Source of the DNA: Gemmatimonadota bacterium | GTDB lineage: Bacteria; JBHIER01; G020348925 | Direction: 5' to 3' | Assembly (NCBI GenBank): GCA_020348925.1 | Contig: CP070758.1 | Coordinates: forward strand, 1,320,469 to 1,384,468 | DNA: 64,000 nucleotides | Shown here: in pieces, positions 50,801 to 62,000 of the stretch | Position numbering within the stretch: position 1 is the first letter of the stretch | Layout: the number at the start of each line of letters is the position of its first letter | Made by a program: the position numbers and the translations under genes | Notes under the pieces: model-generated | Database searches by the model: none | Told to the model about the DNA's origin: nothing | The model's input: only the letters and a program-made list of their open reading frames with translations

Positions 50801-53037
50801 AGCCCCACAAATTACAGTGGCCTCGTCTGCATCCGGCGGTAGCTGAACGCCAAATTCGTCAACGGCCTGATCCACAAGAGCAAAATTCGTAGCAGGATCA
50901 CAAGGATTATCCGCATGGAACGTCACATCAACAATGACACTGGCGTTTGGGCCAAGAGGACCCAGATTATCTCAGGCAAGTTTTGAACCATCATTATCAT
51001 TCCACGGTATTGTAGCCTCCACTGGAGAAATACATCCCTCCGGATAGTCGTCAGTCAAAGGCAACAATGGGAGGCTCGTTGTCCCAGTATTCAGAATTTT
51101 GGTCCGAAAAATGAGATTGTTACATACAGTGACAATTCCGCTTGGTGGATCGATCAGTGTTTTCGTAACCTGTAAAAAGGATTCAACCAATTCCACGTTG
51201 GCCGTGTCTGAGTTATCAGGGACATGAAATCCGTATTCATCTTGAGCCCCCCCGACCGTCACCCTATTAACCGTCAGCCCGCAAGCATTCATTACGATGA
51301 ATTCTGTCTTCACGTCTATGAAGGAACCGGTGTATATTGTTGGATCCAGGGATCCCAGATTATTCCAGACAATTGTTCCGCTCACATGAGTATCCGGAGC
51401 TGGCTCAGCCTTCAGAAAGGAGAGGCATCCTGGATCGTATATATCTTCGAGAGGTAGAATGGCTATGATCGTGTTGCCCGAGTTGAAAATGGTAGTGTGA
51501 AAAGCAATTGTATCACCTACCTGCGCGAAGCCCAAAAATGGATCAGTAAGGTTTTTAGTGATCTGCACTTCAGGCTGCAACAGATTCGCCGTAGTAATCC
51601 AAGAGTCGTCGGGCACCGGCATGCCAAACTCGTTCTCAGCCCCTATTACTGATACAGTATCTGCCGTGTTACCGCACGGGGCAAGAGCCTGAAATGTCAC
51701 CTCTACCGTATCAAAAGCTCCAGTCCACAAAGGACCAATATTGTCCCAAGTAACCCGACCGGATATTGATGCATCCTCCGCCGGAGTGGAGGAGACGAAA
51801 CTGAGACATGCCGGATCGTAATGATCGTGCAGAGGTAAAAGCGTAATGATCGAGGACCCCGTGTTTTCAATTACAATCCGAAAAATCACCGTATCTCCCA
51901 CTAGAACTGCACCGCTTATCGGCTTTATTGCACCCTTCTCCACATGAACACCCGTCTCATCAATATCCACATCGGCCGTATTCTGGGCGTCCGGAACAGG
52001 GAAACCATATTCATCCTCAGCCCCGCTGACAGTGGCCGTGTTGATAACCGAGTGACACGCAGCAAGCGCCGTGAAGCTGACTGTTGCAGTCTTGGAACCT
52101 CCGACACCCAATGGGCCAATATTGTTCCAGGTAAGCTGCCCTCCTGTCAGGCCATCCGGGGAGGGTGACGCTGATTCAAAACTGAGACAGACGGGATTGT
52201 AAGAATCCTCCAGGGGCAGTAGCGTGATCTCTGTCGTACCCGTATTTAGTATCTCAATCTCAAAGATGACCGGATCACCAACTTTGACCGTTGGTGCAGA
52301 AATCCGGTTTTTGATCACCACAAGCCCTTGCTGAACCAGCTCCACAAAAGCCGTGTCCGACTGATCCGGCACCGGTGTACCAAACACGTCCTCCACACCG
52401 ATCACCCCGGCCGTGTCAATAGTCACTCCGCACGGCGCAAGGGCCGTGAAATTGACAGTCACAATCATAGTATCACCGGCTTCTAGGAGACCGAGATTCT
52501 CCCAGATTATGGTCCCCTCTACATGGTCTGTCTGCACGGGACTGGCCCATAAGAAACGGAGACAAGCTTGATTATAGCTGTCAACGAGAGACGTCATGGT
52601 CAAAGTCGTGCATCCGCTGTTCTGAAGCACAATCTCAAACACTATGAGATCCCCGACAGTGGCAGCAGCATTAGTAGGCATCGTTCTTTTCTTCTTCACC
52701 ATCAGATCCGGTTGGGCAAACCCCACAGAACCCGTGGCACTGGCCGTGCATCCACCGTTGTTGCAGCTCACCGTATAGGTGCCGTTCCCGTTGTCGGTGA
52801 TCGTTTCCGTGCCGATATTACACCCGCCGCCGGCAGCATGAACCGCATTCACCAGATCGGTCTGCGTATAGCCGCTGCACACTGTCACAGGCGGGGCATT
52901 CGGCGTTGGCCTTTGGATGAGGGTGATGTTGCCCGTGGCACTGGACGTGCATCCACCGTTGTTGCAGCTCACCGTATAGGTGCCGTTGCCGTTGTCGGTG
53001 ATCGTCTCCGTGCCGATATTACACCCGCCGCCGGCAG
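47876..53037 (-). pseudogene. Giant secreted protein: Cys-rich tandem repeats, about 6 DUF11 domains, 2 cohesin-like domains, dockerin, FlgD-Ig/T9SS-like C-terminus; in-frame TGA at 50972-50974; 5' end in the gap
   Basis: ORFs 50972-53037 and 47876-50926 share a frame and are separated by one TGA; ADVTGDGTVSAFDA dockerin; QNYPNPFNP..SGVYFY tail. Confidence 0.8.
52731..53037 (-). repeat. 201-bp (67-aa) intragenic tandem repeat running into the gap
   Basis: 52731-52836 and 52932-53037 differ at 3 of 106 nt. Confidence 0.9.
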
Positions 53038-53137
53038 NNNNNNNNNNNNNNNNNNNNNNNNNNNNNNNNNNNNNNNNNNNNNNNNNNNNNNNNNNNNNNN
53101 NNNNNNNNNNNNNNNNNNNNNNNNNNNNNNNNNNNNN
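53038..53137. other. Assembly gap (100 N)
   Basis: N run. Confidence 0.99.
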
Positions 53138-54145
53138 GATATTCTTGTCCGGCGCCTTTTCTTTCAAGGTGATGGCGTTCATAATGGTGGCCAGACAGCA
53201 GTGGCGGGAGCAGTAGGGGCGCTCATCGATCCTGGCGCCCACGCACTGGATCATGACGATGTTCTGGGCCTTGATGTCACCACTCCGCATCATGGCCTCG
53301 AAGGCCAACTGGGTCACAACACGCGGGTCGTCGCCGTAACCGAACATGCCCACCGGCTCAAAGACGTCGGAGCCGGTGGCCACTACAATAACCCCCGCGG
53401 GGAGCGTTTGCTCCTCGCCGTCTTTCTCTATGGTTACGCTGTAATCACCGACGTGCCCTGAGGCATCGGTCACCTGCGATGAGAGGAATACCTCGATGTT
53501 CGGGTTTTCATCGACGGCTTTGATCCGGTCCTCAATAAACTCTTTCGAGTCCGTGTAGGTCGGGTACAGGAGATACATGTCGTGGACAAGGCCACCCAAT
53601 CGATTCTTTTTCTCAACCAGTTTAACAGGCACGTCCTTTTGAGCCAGGCTCAGGGCTGCCGTCATTCCTGAGATACCGCCGCCAATAACCACGGCGGAGC
53701 GCTGCACAGTACCCTGAATCTTTTCCTGCGGTCGTGCGTGGGTCACCCTGGCGACCCCCATTCTGATCAGGTCCACGCCTTTCTTTGTCGCCCTCCTCCT
53801 TTCGCCCGCATGCACCCAGGAACAGTGTTCCCGAATGTTGACCATCTCGACGAGGTTCCCGTTGAGTCCGGCCTCCTGAAATGCGTTTCGAAAAAGCTGA
53901 GCGTGGGTTCGCGGCGTGCAACCGGCGACGACGATTCGATCCAGATTGTGCTCAGAGATAACCCGCTTCATAGTGGCCAGGCTGTCTTTGGAGCAGGGAT
54001 AGAGCTCGCTTGTGACATATTGAACGTGAGGGATCTTTTTCGCGGCCTTCACCAAGCGGTCCACGTCCAGGACGCCCCCGATTTCGTCACCGCAACGGCA
54101 GATGATGACGCCGACCCTTGCTTCGCCCATCACGACATGTTCCAT
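53138..54145 (-). CDS. hdrA: Heterodisulfide reductase subunit A-like flavoprotein, 3' end lost in the gap
   Basis: VGVIICRCG, AGCTPRTH, NIREHCSWVH, GGGISG, QCVGAR..YCSRHCC; ATG overlaps the upstream TAA. Confidence 0.88.
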
Positions 54146-54798
54146 TAGTGTGTATGCTCCTCCGATGCGGGGTAGTAGCTCCCGCAGATCTTGCACTGCT
54201 CTTTGCGATATTCCTCCCGAAACCGGTGTCTTGAGCGCACGGGATTGACGGTGTCCAGCTCGAATGTTCTGGCCGGACAGATGGTGGTGCACGTCCCGCA
54301 ACCGATGCAGACCGTGGAGACCTCCTGAAACGGGGGGATGACTTCACTCAGCGTTCCCCGCTCGGAAAACCCGATGGCTCCGACACCGACGATCTCATCG
54401 CAGGCACGGACGCAGAGTCCACATAAAAAACAATCGTCCTCTTCGGTTCGAAACCGCGGCCTCTTGAGCCCCATCTCTTTGGCCAGTTCTTTGATGATTG
54501 GAACCTTGGGACACCGCGCCAGAAGCAGCTCGATAATGGTTTTTCTCATGGCGAGGATGCTCTCGGAGTTGGTGACAACCTTCATCCCCTCCTTTACCGG
54601 CGTCACACACGAGGCCATCGTCCTCTTCGAACCGTTCTCGTTCACTTCGACGATGCACAGGCGGCAGGCCCCGATGGATTCGAGGGCCTCGTGGTAACAG
54701 AGGGTGGGGATGTGGATGCCCAGGCTCCGGGCCGCATCCAGGACCGTGGCATTCTCGCACACTCTGATCTTCTTTCCGTCTATGGTCAGTTCTATCAT
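54145..54798 (-). CDS. NuoG/HoxU-like Fe-S subunit ([2Fe-2S] plus 2x[4Fe-4S]), no catalytic domain
   Basis: IPTLC..GACRLC..SC, CFLCGLCVRAC, CIGCGTCTTICP; no H-cluster or molybdopterin domain. Confidence 0.85.
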   Translation of the reverse strand: MIELTIDGKKIRVCENATVLDAARSLGIHIPTLCYHEALESIGACRLCIVEVNENGSKRTMASCVTPVKEGMKVVTNSESILAMRKTIIELLLARCPKVPIIKELAKEMGLKRPRFRTEEDDCFLCGLCVRACDEIVGVGAIGFSERGTLSEVIPPFQEVSTVCIGCGTCTTICPARTFELDTVNPVRSRHRFREEYRKEQCKICGSYYPASEEHTH

Positions 54799-54806
54799 AC
54801 TATTTT

Positions 54807-56618
54807 TCACTCAACATAGATAGCGTCGCCGGCGATGGCGTCGAACCTGCAGATCTCGTAACAGGCGCCGCATTTGATGCACTTCGACTTGTCGAGATTG
54901 TGAGGCTCGGCGCGTGGTCCGGTGATGGCCCCGGTAGGACACTCGCGCACGCAGCGCTGGCAGCCTGTGCATTTGTCAGGAATGATCCGATACTCGATGA
55001 GGGCCTTGCAGACTTTGGCCGGACAGTGCTTATGAAGAATGTGATCTTCATACTCCTTGTGAAAATACTTGAGCGTGGTCAGGACCGGGTTCGGAGCCGT
55101 GGAGCCCAAGCCGCACAGCGAGGCTTCCTTGATGGTTGTGGACAGATCGTTCAGGACGTCGATGTCGCCTTTGCGGCCCTTGCCCTCGCAAATATCGGTC
55201 AGAATCTCGCGCATTCTCTTGAGACCTTCCCGGCAGGGCGTGCACTTGCCGCAGGATTCTTCTTCCAAAAAGGCGACGAAGTACCGGGCCACATCGACCA
55301 TACAGGTGTCCTCGTCCATAACGATGAGGCCACCGGAACCCATGATGGCGCCGGCTTCGGTCAATTTCTCGTAATCGACGGGAAGATCGATCAACGCCTC
55401 AGGAATACATCCACCTGATGGTCCGCCACTCTGGACGGCTTTGAACTTTTTACCGTCCGGTATTCCTCCGCCGATGTCATAGACGATCTTGCGCAGCGGA
55501 ATGCCCATGGGTACTTCCACCAGTCCGGTATTATTGACCTTGCCCACCAGGGAAAAGACCTTCGTCCCTTTGCTCTTCTCGGTTCCGATCTGGGAATACC
55601 AGTGGCCGCCCCGCAGTATGATCTGGGGGACGTTGGCCCAGGTCTCGACGTTATTGATGTTCGTCGGCTTGCCCCACAATCCCTTTTGAGCGGGGTAGGG
55701 GGGTCGGGGCCGCGGCCTGCCCACATTGCCCTCCACAGAGGCCATGAGGGCCGTCTCCTCGCCGCAGACGAAGGCTCCGGCACCCTGAATCACCTTCACG
55801 GAGAAATTGAAGCCGGTATCGAGGATGTTTTCTCCCAGGAGACCGTACTCCTCTGCCTGCTGAATGGCGATAAGGATGCGCTTGACGGCCAGGGGATATT
55901 CTTCGCGCACGTAGACGAAGCCCTGTCTGGCCCCGATGGCCTTTGCTCCGATGGTCAGCCCCTCCAACACGGCGTGCGGATCGGCCTCCAGAATGCTTCG
56001 ATCCATGAAGGCCCCGGGATCGCCCTCGTCGGCGTTGCAGATGAGGTATCTCTCATCACCATCGGAGGATCGGCACAGTTCCCACTTCCGGCCGGTGGGG
56101 AATCCGGCGCCTCCGCGACCTCTGAGTCCTGATATCTTTATCTCTTCAAGGATCTGGTCCGGCGTCATTTCGGTCAGGGCTTTGCCCAGGGCTTCGTATC
56201 CGTCGTTGGCAATGTATTCGTCGATTTTTTCGGGATCGATCCGGCCGCGGTTGCGCAGGGCGATGAGGAGCTGGTGTTTAAAAAACTCGATCTCGCTCAT
56301 GGTGGGGATGGGCGTCTCGTCCTCAGGCGGGGTGTACATCAGCTTTTTGACCGGGCGGCCCTTCAGAAAATGCTCCTCCACCAGGAAGGGGATTTCCTCC
56401 TCCTGCAGTTGCTGGTAAAAGATGCCGTCGGGCTGGGCGACCATGATGGGGCCCCGCTCGCAGAAGCCGTTGCAGCCGGTGGTCACCACCTGAACCTCGT
56501 CTTCCAGACCGTGTTTGGCGATTTCCCTCTCCAGAGCCGCCGCAATTTTGAAGGCCCCGTTGGAGACGCAGCCGGTCCCGGCACAGACCAGAAGATGGGC
56601 GCGGTAAGTCTTTACCAC
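54807..56618 (-). CDS. NuoF/HydB-like NADH-binding flavoprotein subunit
   Basis: N-terminal CAGTGC..GCNGFC 2Fe-2S domain, GRGGAGFPTG, NADEGDPG, GEETAL, ESCGKCTPCREG, C-terminal 2x[4Fe-4S]. Confidence 0.92.
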   Translation of the reverse strand: MVKTYRAHLLVCAGTGCVSNGAFKIAAALEREIAKHGLEDEVQVVTTGCNGFCERGPIMVAQPDGIFYQQLQEEEIPFLVEEHFLKGRPVKKLMYTPPEDETPIPTMSEIEFFKHQLLIALRNRGRIDPEKIDEYIANDGYEALGKALTEMTPDQILEEIKISGLRGRGGAGFPTGRKWELCRSSDGDERYLICNADEGDPGAFMDRSILEADPHAVLEGLTIGAKAIGARQGFVYVREEYPLAVKRILIAIQQAEEYGLLGENILDTGFNFSVKVIQGAGAFVCGEETALMASVEGNVGRPRPRPPYPAQKGLWGKPTNINNVETWANVPQIILRGGHWYSQIGTEKSKGTKVFSLVGKVNNTGLVEVPMGIPLRKIVYDIGGGIPDGKKFKAVQSGGPSGGCIPEALIDLPVDYEKLTEAGAIMGSGGLIVMDEDTCMVDVARYFVAFLEEESCGKCTPCREGLKRMREILTDICEGKGRKGDIDVLNDLSTTIKEASLCGLGSTAPNPVLTTLKYFHKEYEDHILHKHCPAKVCKALIEYRIIPDKCTGCQRCVRECPTGAITGPRAEPHNLDKSKCIKCGACYEICRFDAIAGDAIYVE

Positions 56619-56929
56619 TTAGTCCCCCTTCTGATCGAAATCATAAAGATGAATGATCGCTTCTTTGAGGATATAATTATCGTATGGGAATTTCCTTCGG
56701 AAACTAATAGGACAAAAAGGAGTAAGGATATATATCCCTGTAGCAATTTTCGCCCGGTATACATATACCGGGTGATCGAGGAAGGGACGTAACCGTAACC
56801 GTTCAACGAAACGGACCTCGTCACCGTAACCGAATGACGTAACTTGGTCGGCATAATATTTCTAATTTCTCTCTGTGTCTCTGAGCCTCTGTGGCAATTG
56901 ATCATATTCAAAACTCTGAGATATCACTC

Positions 56930-57622
56930 TTACTGTTTCAGGACCTTCGGGATCTTGTCCTGGGTCAGCTTGCCGTGAAAATTATCGTCGATGACGATGA
57001 CGGGCGCCAGGCCGCAGCAGCCCACACAGCGGACGGATTCCATACTGAACCGCTCGTCGTAGGTGGTCTCGCCGGCCTTGATGTTGAGCTCCCGCTCCAG
57101 TCGGTCCATGATATTCACACCGCCCCTGACGTGGCAGGCCGTGCCCAGACAGACGTTGATGAGATGCCTCCCCCTCGGCTTCAGGCTGAAGGCCTTGTAG
57201 AAGGTGGCGATGGAGAAGACGCGGGTCAGGGGGACGTTCAGCCTCTGGGCGATGAATCGCAAAACGGACTGGGGCAGATAATTGACTTTACGCTGCGTCT
57301 CCTGTAAAATTCCGATTAAATTCGATGGTGAATAATCGTACTTCCGGAGGATCTCATCGATGGCATCGAGGCGCCCCAGCTCTCCCATAGCCCTTTCCCG
57401 CCTGGCCTGCTCGATCCTTTCCGCTTCGAGCTTCTCCTTTTTCCCCTCCAGAGCCTTGGTGACGATGGCCAGCAGGTCGTCCGGCGTGAAGGGCTTTTCC
57501 ACGTACTCGAAGGCGCCCAGCTTCATGGCCTCCACGGCGGTCTGAACTGAGGCGTGGCCGGTGATCATGATGGGGATGGTCTCAGGGTGATTCGCTCGTA
57601 TTTCCTTGAGGACATCGATGCC
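56930..57622 (-). CDS. Response-regulator receiver domain fused to a NuoE/HydC-like [2Fe-2S] subunit, 5' end in the gap
   Basis: GIDVLKEIR..IMITGHASVQTAVEAMKLGAFEYVEKPF continues in frame to VCLGTACHVRG..RCVGCCGLAP. Confidence 0.88.
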   Translation of the reverse strand, partial: GIDVLKEIRANHPETIPIMITGHASVQTAVEAMKLGAFEYVEKPFTPDDLLAIVTKALEGKKEKLEAERIEQARRERAMGELGRLDAIDEILRKYDYSPSNLIGILQETQRKVNYLPQSVLRFIAQRLNVPLTRVFSIATFYKAFSLKPRGRHLINVCLGTACHVRGGVNIMDRLERELNIKAGETTYDERFSMESVRCVGCCGLAPVIVIDDNFHGKLTQDKIPKVLKQ

Positions 57623-57722
57623 NNNNNNNNNNNNNNNNNNNNNNNNNNNNNNNNNNNNNNNNNNNNNNNNNNNNNNNNNNNNNNNNNNNNNNNNNNNNNN
57701 NNNNNNNNNNNNNNNNNNNNNN
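57623..57722. other. Assembly gap (100 N)
   Basis: N run. Confidence 0.99.
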
Positions 57723-58637
57723 AAAACCGAAATTGGAAAAGGTCGGCGCGTCGTCGTAATACTGCCCCTCGGCTTCGACGATCGCCTCCATGGTCGGCGG
57801 CTCCATATCCGTCATCCACTCCGTATACGCTCCTGAGGCGACACAGCCATAACCACCGAACTGCACGTCATCCGTGACATCGTCATATGAGATGCGAAAA
57901 TAGCCGCCCTCCCCCCACCATGAGCCCCAACTGTTCTTTACCTTGAAATACTCCTGAGTGTCATTATACCCAACAACCAAAATGGCATGTCCCCGGTATT
58001 CCGGGATTGCGTCCCCACTATAATTATAAATACCGCCTGAATAACCGGTGAAAGAACTGCCCTCAGGAACAAGCATAGACGCACACACAGGACCCGATTG
58101 CAGCAACGATTTCAAATTATTGACCGTATTGCCGTCAGGAGCTCCCCAGCGACCGTATTTGTCGTATTGAGAAACTTTTTCCAGATAATCGGGGTTGCCA
58201 CACATGCTGCTGCAATTCCCATTGGTCGCAGTGTATGGATAGCAGGCTTCCGGAGGAATCCCCTCAGTTCCGATGTATTCCAGCGCATAGCCATACCATC
58301 CACCACCACACCCGCTGCCAGGAGCACACGAAACGATGACTTGTTCCGCCAGATCATTTTTATTTCCCACGTTTTCAACGATGGCTACGGCTGCAAAGGC
58401 CCAGCATGAGCCACACCCACCCTGATTCTTTACAGGACTATCGTTCGAGCTCCAATCAACTGAAGTCTGAAAATTTTGCACATTATATTTAAATGATGGC
58501 GTATGTTTCTGCCAATATTCCTTGACCTCCTCGGGAATTTTTAAACCCATGCCGTACTCTTGAGCTGTGACGCTTCCGACATACATCACCAAGAACGCAA
58601 TGACACCAAGATGAATTGTCACGTTGAACTTAGACAT
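57723..58637 (-). CDS. Secreted papain-like C1A cysteine peptidase, 3' end lost in the gap
   Basis: Signal peptide, VDWS..PVKNQGGCGSCWAF, GHAILVVGY, KNSWGSWWGEGGYF. Confidence 0.92.
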
Positions 58638-58929
58638 TGCCCATGCTCCTTTCACTCTCTAAGCACATTTCCACCTCACGTTTCAAGCCAAACCTCCTCA
58701 CACTCTTCTGTTTCCATAATGTATGTGCAAAGATTATGCCAGTTGCTTTTGATCCGTGTACGGTGAAATTCAACCACATGTAATACATTAATTTACAGTG
58801 ATTTCTATAAATATCTGAGAAAGTCTTTTTAACACAAATATGGGTGATATCCCCTTCAAATCAAAAATTTACCGCATTTTGCATGAAAAAATTGCACGGA
58901 TTGAATCACGCGCTTGAAAGGAGAAAAAA

Positions 58930-58983
58930 TTCTTGACCCACATCAAGAAAGTCCTTGACAACGATCACCAGATATGTTATAAT
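58930..58983 (+). promoter_or_regulatory. Palindromic operator-like site plus consensus extended sigma70 promoter
   Basis: TTCTTGA-N6-TCAAGAA at 58930-58949; TTGACA (58955)-N17-TATAAT (58978) with a TGn extension. Confidence 0.7.
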
Positions 58984-59037
58984 TGAACAGGTTTATCCTT
59001 TGTCAGTGAATGTGTATACAATCTGGGGGAGGGAGCC

Positions 59038-62000
59038 ATGGTTGAACGTTTTTTCTTTTCAATATTCAACAAATATTCGTTTCTTTTTTTCATCGTCGGG
59101 CTCTCAATTCTTCTCCTCGTTTCCGATCCTCTTATGGGAGAAGAGTACTATCTTGAGACGGACAAGTCTGTTTCACCCAATACAATCTATGAAGATGGCT
59201 GCGGCGTATCGCCTGACAAGACGACCGTAACCTTAACGGTCACCGGCGCCGGAGACTGTCCCACAGGCGGTCTGTTGGATATTATGCTCATCATAGATCG
59301 CTCTTCGACAATGTTGACCAATGCCCGCATCGACAGCGCCAAGGCCGCTGCAAAAGCCTTCGTCGATCTTTTCCGAAATCAGGATAGGGTCGGCCTCATC
59401 TCCTTTGCTACCGATGTCATACTGGACAAAGGATTGACATATATGAACACGACAGGGAAAGCCGAACTCAAAGCAGCCATCGATTCCATTCGCGCCGAAG
59501 GGTGGACCAACATCGGGGATGCCGTACGAATGGCCAATCACGAGTTACAGGACCACGGGCGAGAGAACCGGGCTTGGGTCGAGATCCTTCTGTCCGATGG
59601 GTTACCGAACAGACCGCTCGGCCTGCCCAATCCTCCCGGCCCTGTGGGGTATGCAATCATGGCAGCAGATTCAGCACGGCTGATGGACATTCCTCTCTAC
59701 ACCATCGGCTTAGCGTTGACGATTCAGGAAGGCGTGATTCTTCTCCAAAGCATGGCCGATACGACAGGTGCGATCTATTACGACTCCCCGACACCTGATG
59801 AATTGCGGGACATTTTTCAGGAGATCGGCGGTGAAGTCTTGTGTCAGGCAGGAACAGACATTACGGTTACTGAAATCCTCCGGAATATCTTCTCCGTTGA
59901 CGGCGTATTCACCGTTTCACCGATCTCTATCGATGTTAATCCTGTAATCGGGACAACCTTGCGATGGACTGTTGCCGAAATTTATGTGGGAGATGTGTGG
60001 ACAGTATCCTTTGACATTCGTTCCGCAGAAACAGGAGCTTTGCTTCCAGTTGACGTCGCCGGGTCTTCCAAAGTGACCTATACGAGAAACGGAGATCAAC
60101 TCGAAACACCATTCCCCCAAGCTTATGTAACAGTAAACCCGTGTCAAGTTCCACTTCTGAATTGTCTCAAGACAGATATCTTCTCTGGCATTGACATACC
60201 ACATGCAGGCGATACGTTGCTGTACAGAGTCGATGTGTTCAACCAGGGTATACTGCCGGTCACGAACCTATTTTACGACGACACTCCTGATCCTTATTCA
60301 ACCCTCCTCGTCGGCAGCGTGTCAACGACACTGGGTACTGTTATCCTGGGAAACAATCCTGGAGATAACAGTGTCTCCGTCTCTCTCGGGACCCTCTCAC
60401 CTGCTCAAGAAGCGACCATCAACTTTCAGGTGGTGATTGACGATCCCCTTCCACCCGGTATAACGTTCCTCTCAAACCAAGGTTTTCTCTCAGGCACCGA
60501 ACTCGATCCAGTTCCCTCGGACGATCCTGACACGCCACAGCTCGACGATCCGACGATAACGTATCTCACAGTAGGACCTATCCTGGAAGCGACAAAGACC
60601 GATCACCTCTTCGGCGACAAGGATGGAAACGGTCTGCCGAGCCCTGGTGACACCCTGAAATATGACGTCGAGATCATAAACATGGGAGGCGCAACAGCCC
60701 ATGGCGTCACATTTACGGATACCCTCGACCCGGAAGTACTTCTCGTTGTGGGGAGTGTCTCCTCGAGTCAGGGTTCGGTCGTCATTGGCAACAATCCCCT
60801 CGATACGCTCGTCTATGTGTATCTCGAGAGCCTTGAAGTGGGTCACTCTGTGGCCATCGAATTTCTTGTTACCATTCGCGATCCTCTGCCCTTTGGAATC
60901 ACTCAGGTATCGAATCAGGGTATTGTCCGCAGTATCGATTCCGATGACGAGCCGACCGATGATCCGGACACGCCTCAGGATGACGATCCCACGATAACCA
61001 GATCTTTCAGCGTGCTCTTCAAGCGCGGCAAGACCTTTGAGGCTGCCCTGAACTCATCATATTGTCCCTATTACAGAGCAGTCAACGGCCCTCCCGGTAG
61101 CCCGGATCTCATCCAAATCACCACATATACCTATGATCCCGGACATGATCTCTATTGGTGTTATCCAATCGAAGGACTCCTTTACCCCGGTTCACACCTC
61201 TATATCACATATACTTTTGGTCAAGGGACACATGTGGACTCGATCTTCATACACATTCCCGCCAAAGGATCCAAGAACGAAGAGCGACATCCTCAGTACC
61301 GGGCTGTGGGTCCGAAGGTCGGCCATTGGGAAACGAGGACGGAGGGCGAATACGATTTCTATGGGTATGACTGGACGGTCTACGATGAGGTTCAAGAGGA
61401 TGATGGCCTGTGGCGCATCATCTCGGAGATTTATACTACCGATGGAGGGGAAACGCAATTCCTTCCTGACACAAGCTTTGTCATATTGGACACGGAAGAT
61501 CCTATTTATCATCTCACCTACAGAAAACAGAGCGACGGCGCACCGCTGCCAACGATCCCCCACCCCACTCTCGGCGACATTCCGGTGACGACCGACCAGA
61601 TGGTGATGATTACGACGACTGTCAATCAAACAGCACCTCTGGAAGGCAATGGTCGGTTGTGGAGTTGGATGGACATATTCATTTTTGCGCCCGGCGAAAA
61701 AGTGGATATTGACGGGGTGCCGTCCTACGCGGATCAGCTCAGTGGTGTCTCCCGCTGGGTAAACGATCCGCCCTTCGCCGATACCCTCGATTACAATTAC
61801 GTCTGGAACGTCATGGAGGCCGATTTAACGTGTGAGGGAGTGGCCACAGTGCGGATCAAAGGGCGCGATACGGCCAGTAACCTCGTGGACATCGAGGACG
61901 GTGCGCCAAATACCGGCCTGTATATACTCATTGACACCACACCTCCTGAAAGCCCCAAGGCAGCGAATATCGTGATAACAGACAGGGGGGCCGTCATCGG

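Noticed and set aside
50972-50974. UGA=Trp genetic code or selenocysteine
   Set aside because: Conserved genes here (glnA, mltD, ftsH) end in TGA at expected positions and use TGG for Trp; the aligned residue is Trp, not Cys.
50972-54301. 1109-aa ORF suggesting an HdrA-DUF11 adhesin fusion
   Set aside because: It reads through a 100-N gap and joins a cytoplasmic flavoprotein to a secreted repeat protein; artefact.
54145-54798. [FeFe]-hydrogenase catalytic subunit or respiratory complex I
   Set aside because: No H-cluster motifs, and no membrane nuo genes in the visible cluster.
57565-57877. ORFs crossing the third gap, including a C1A peptidase tail
   Set aside because: Translation through Ns; the two sides belong to different genes.
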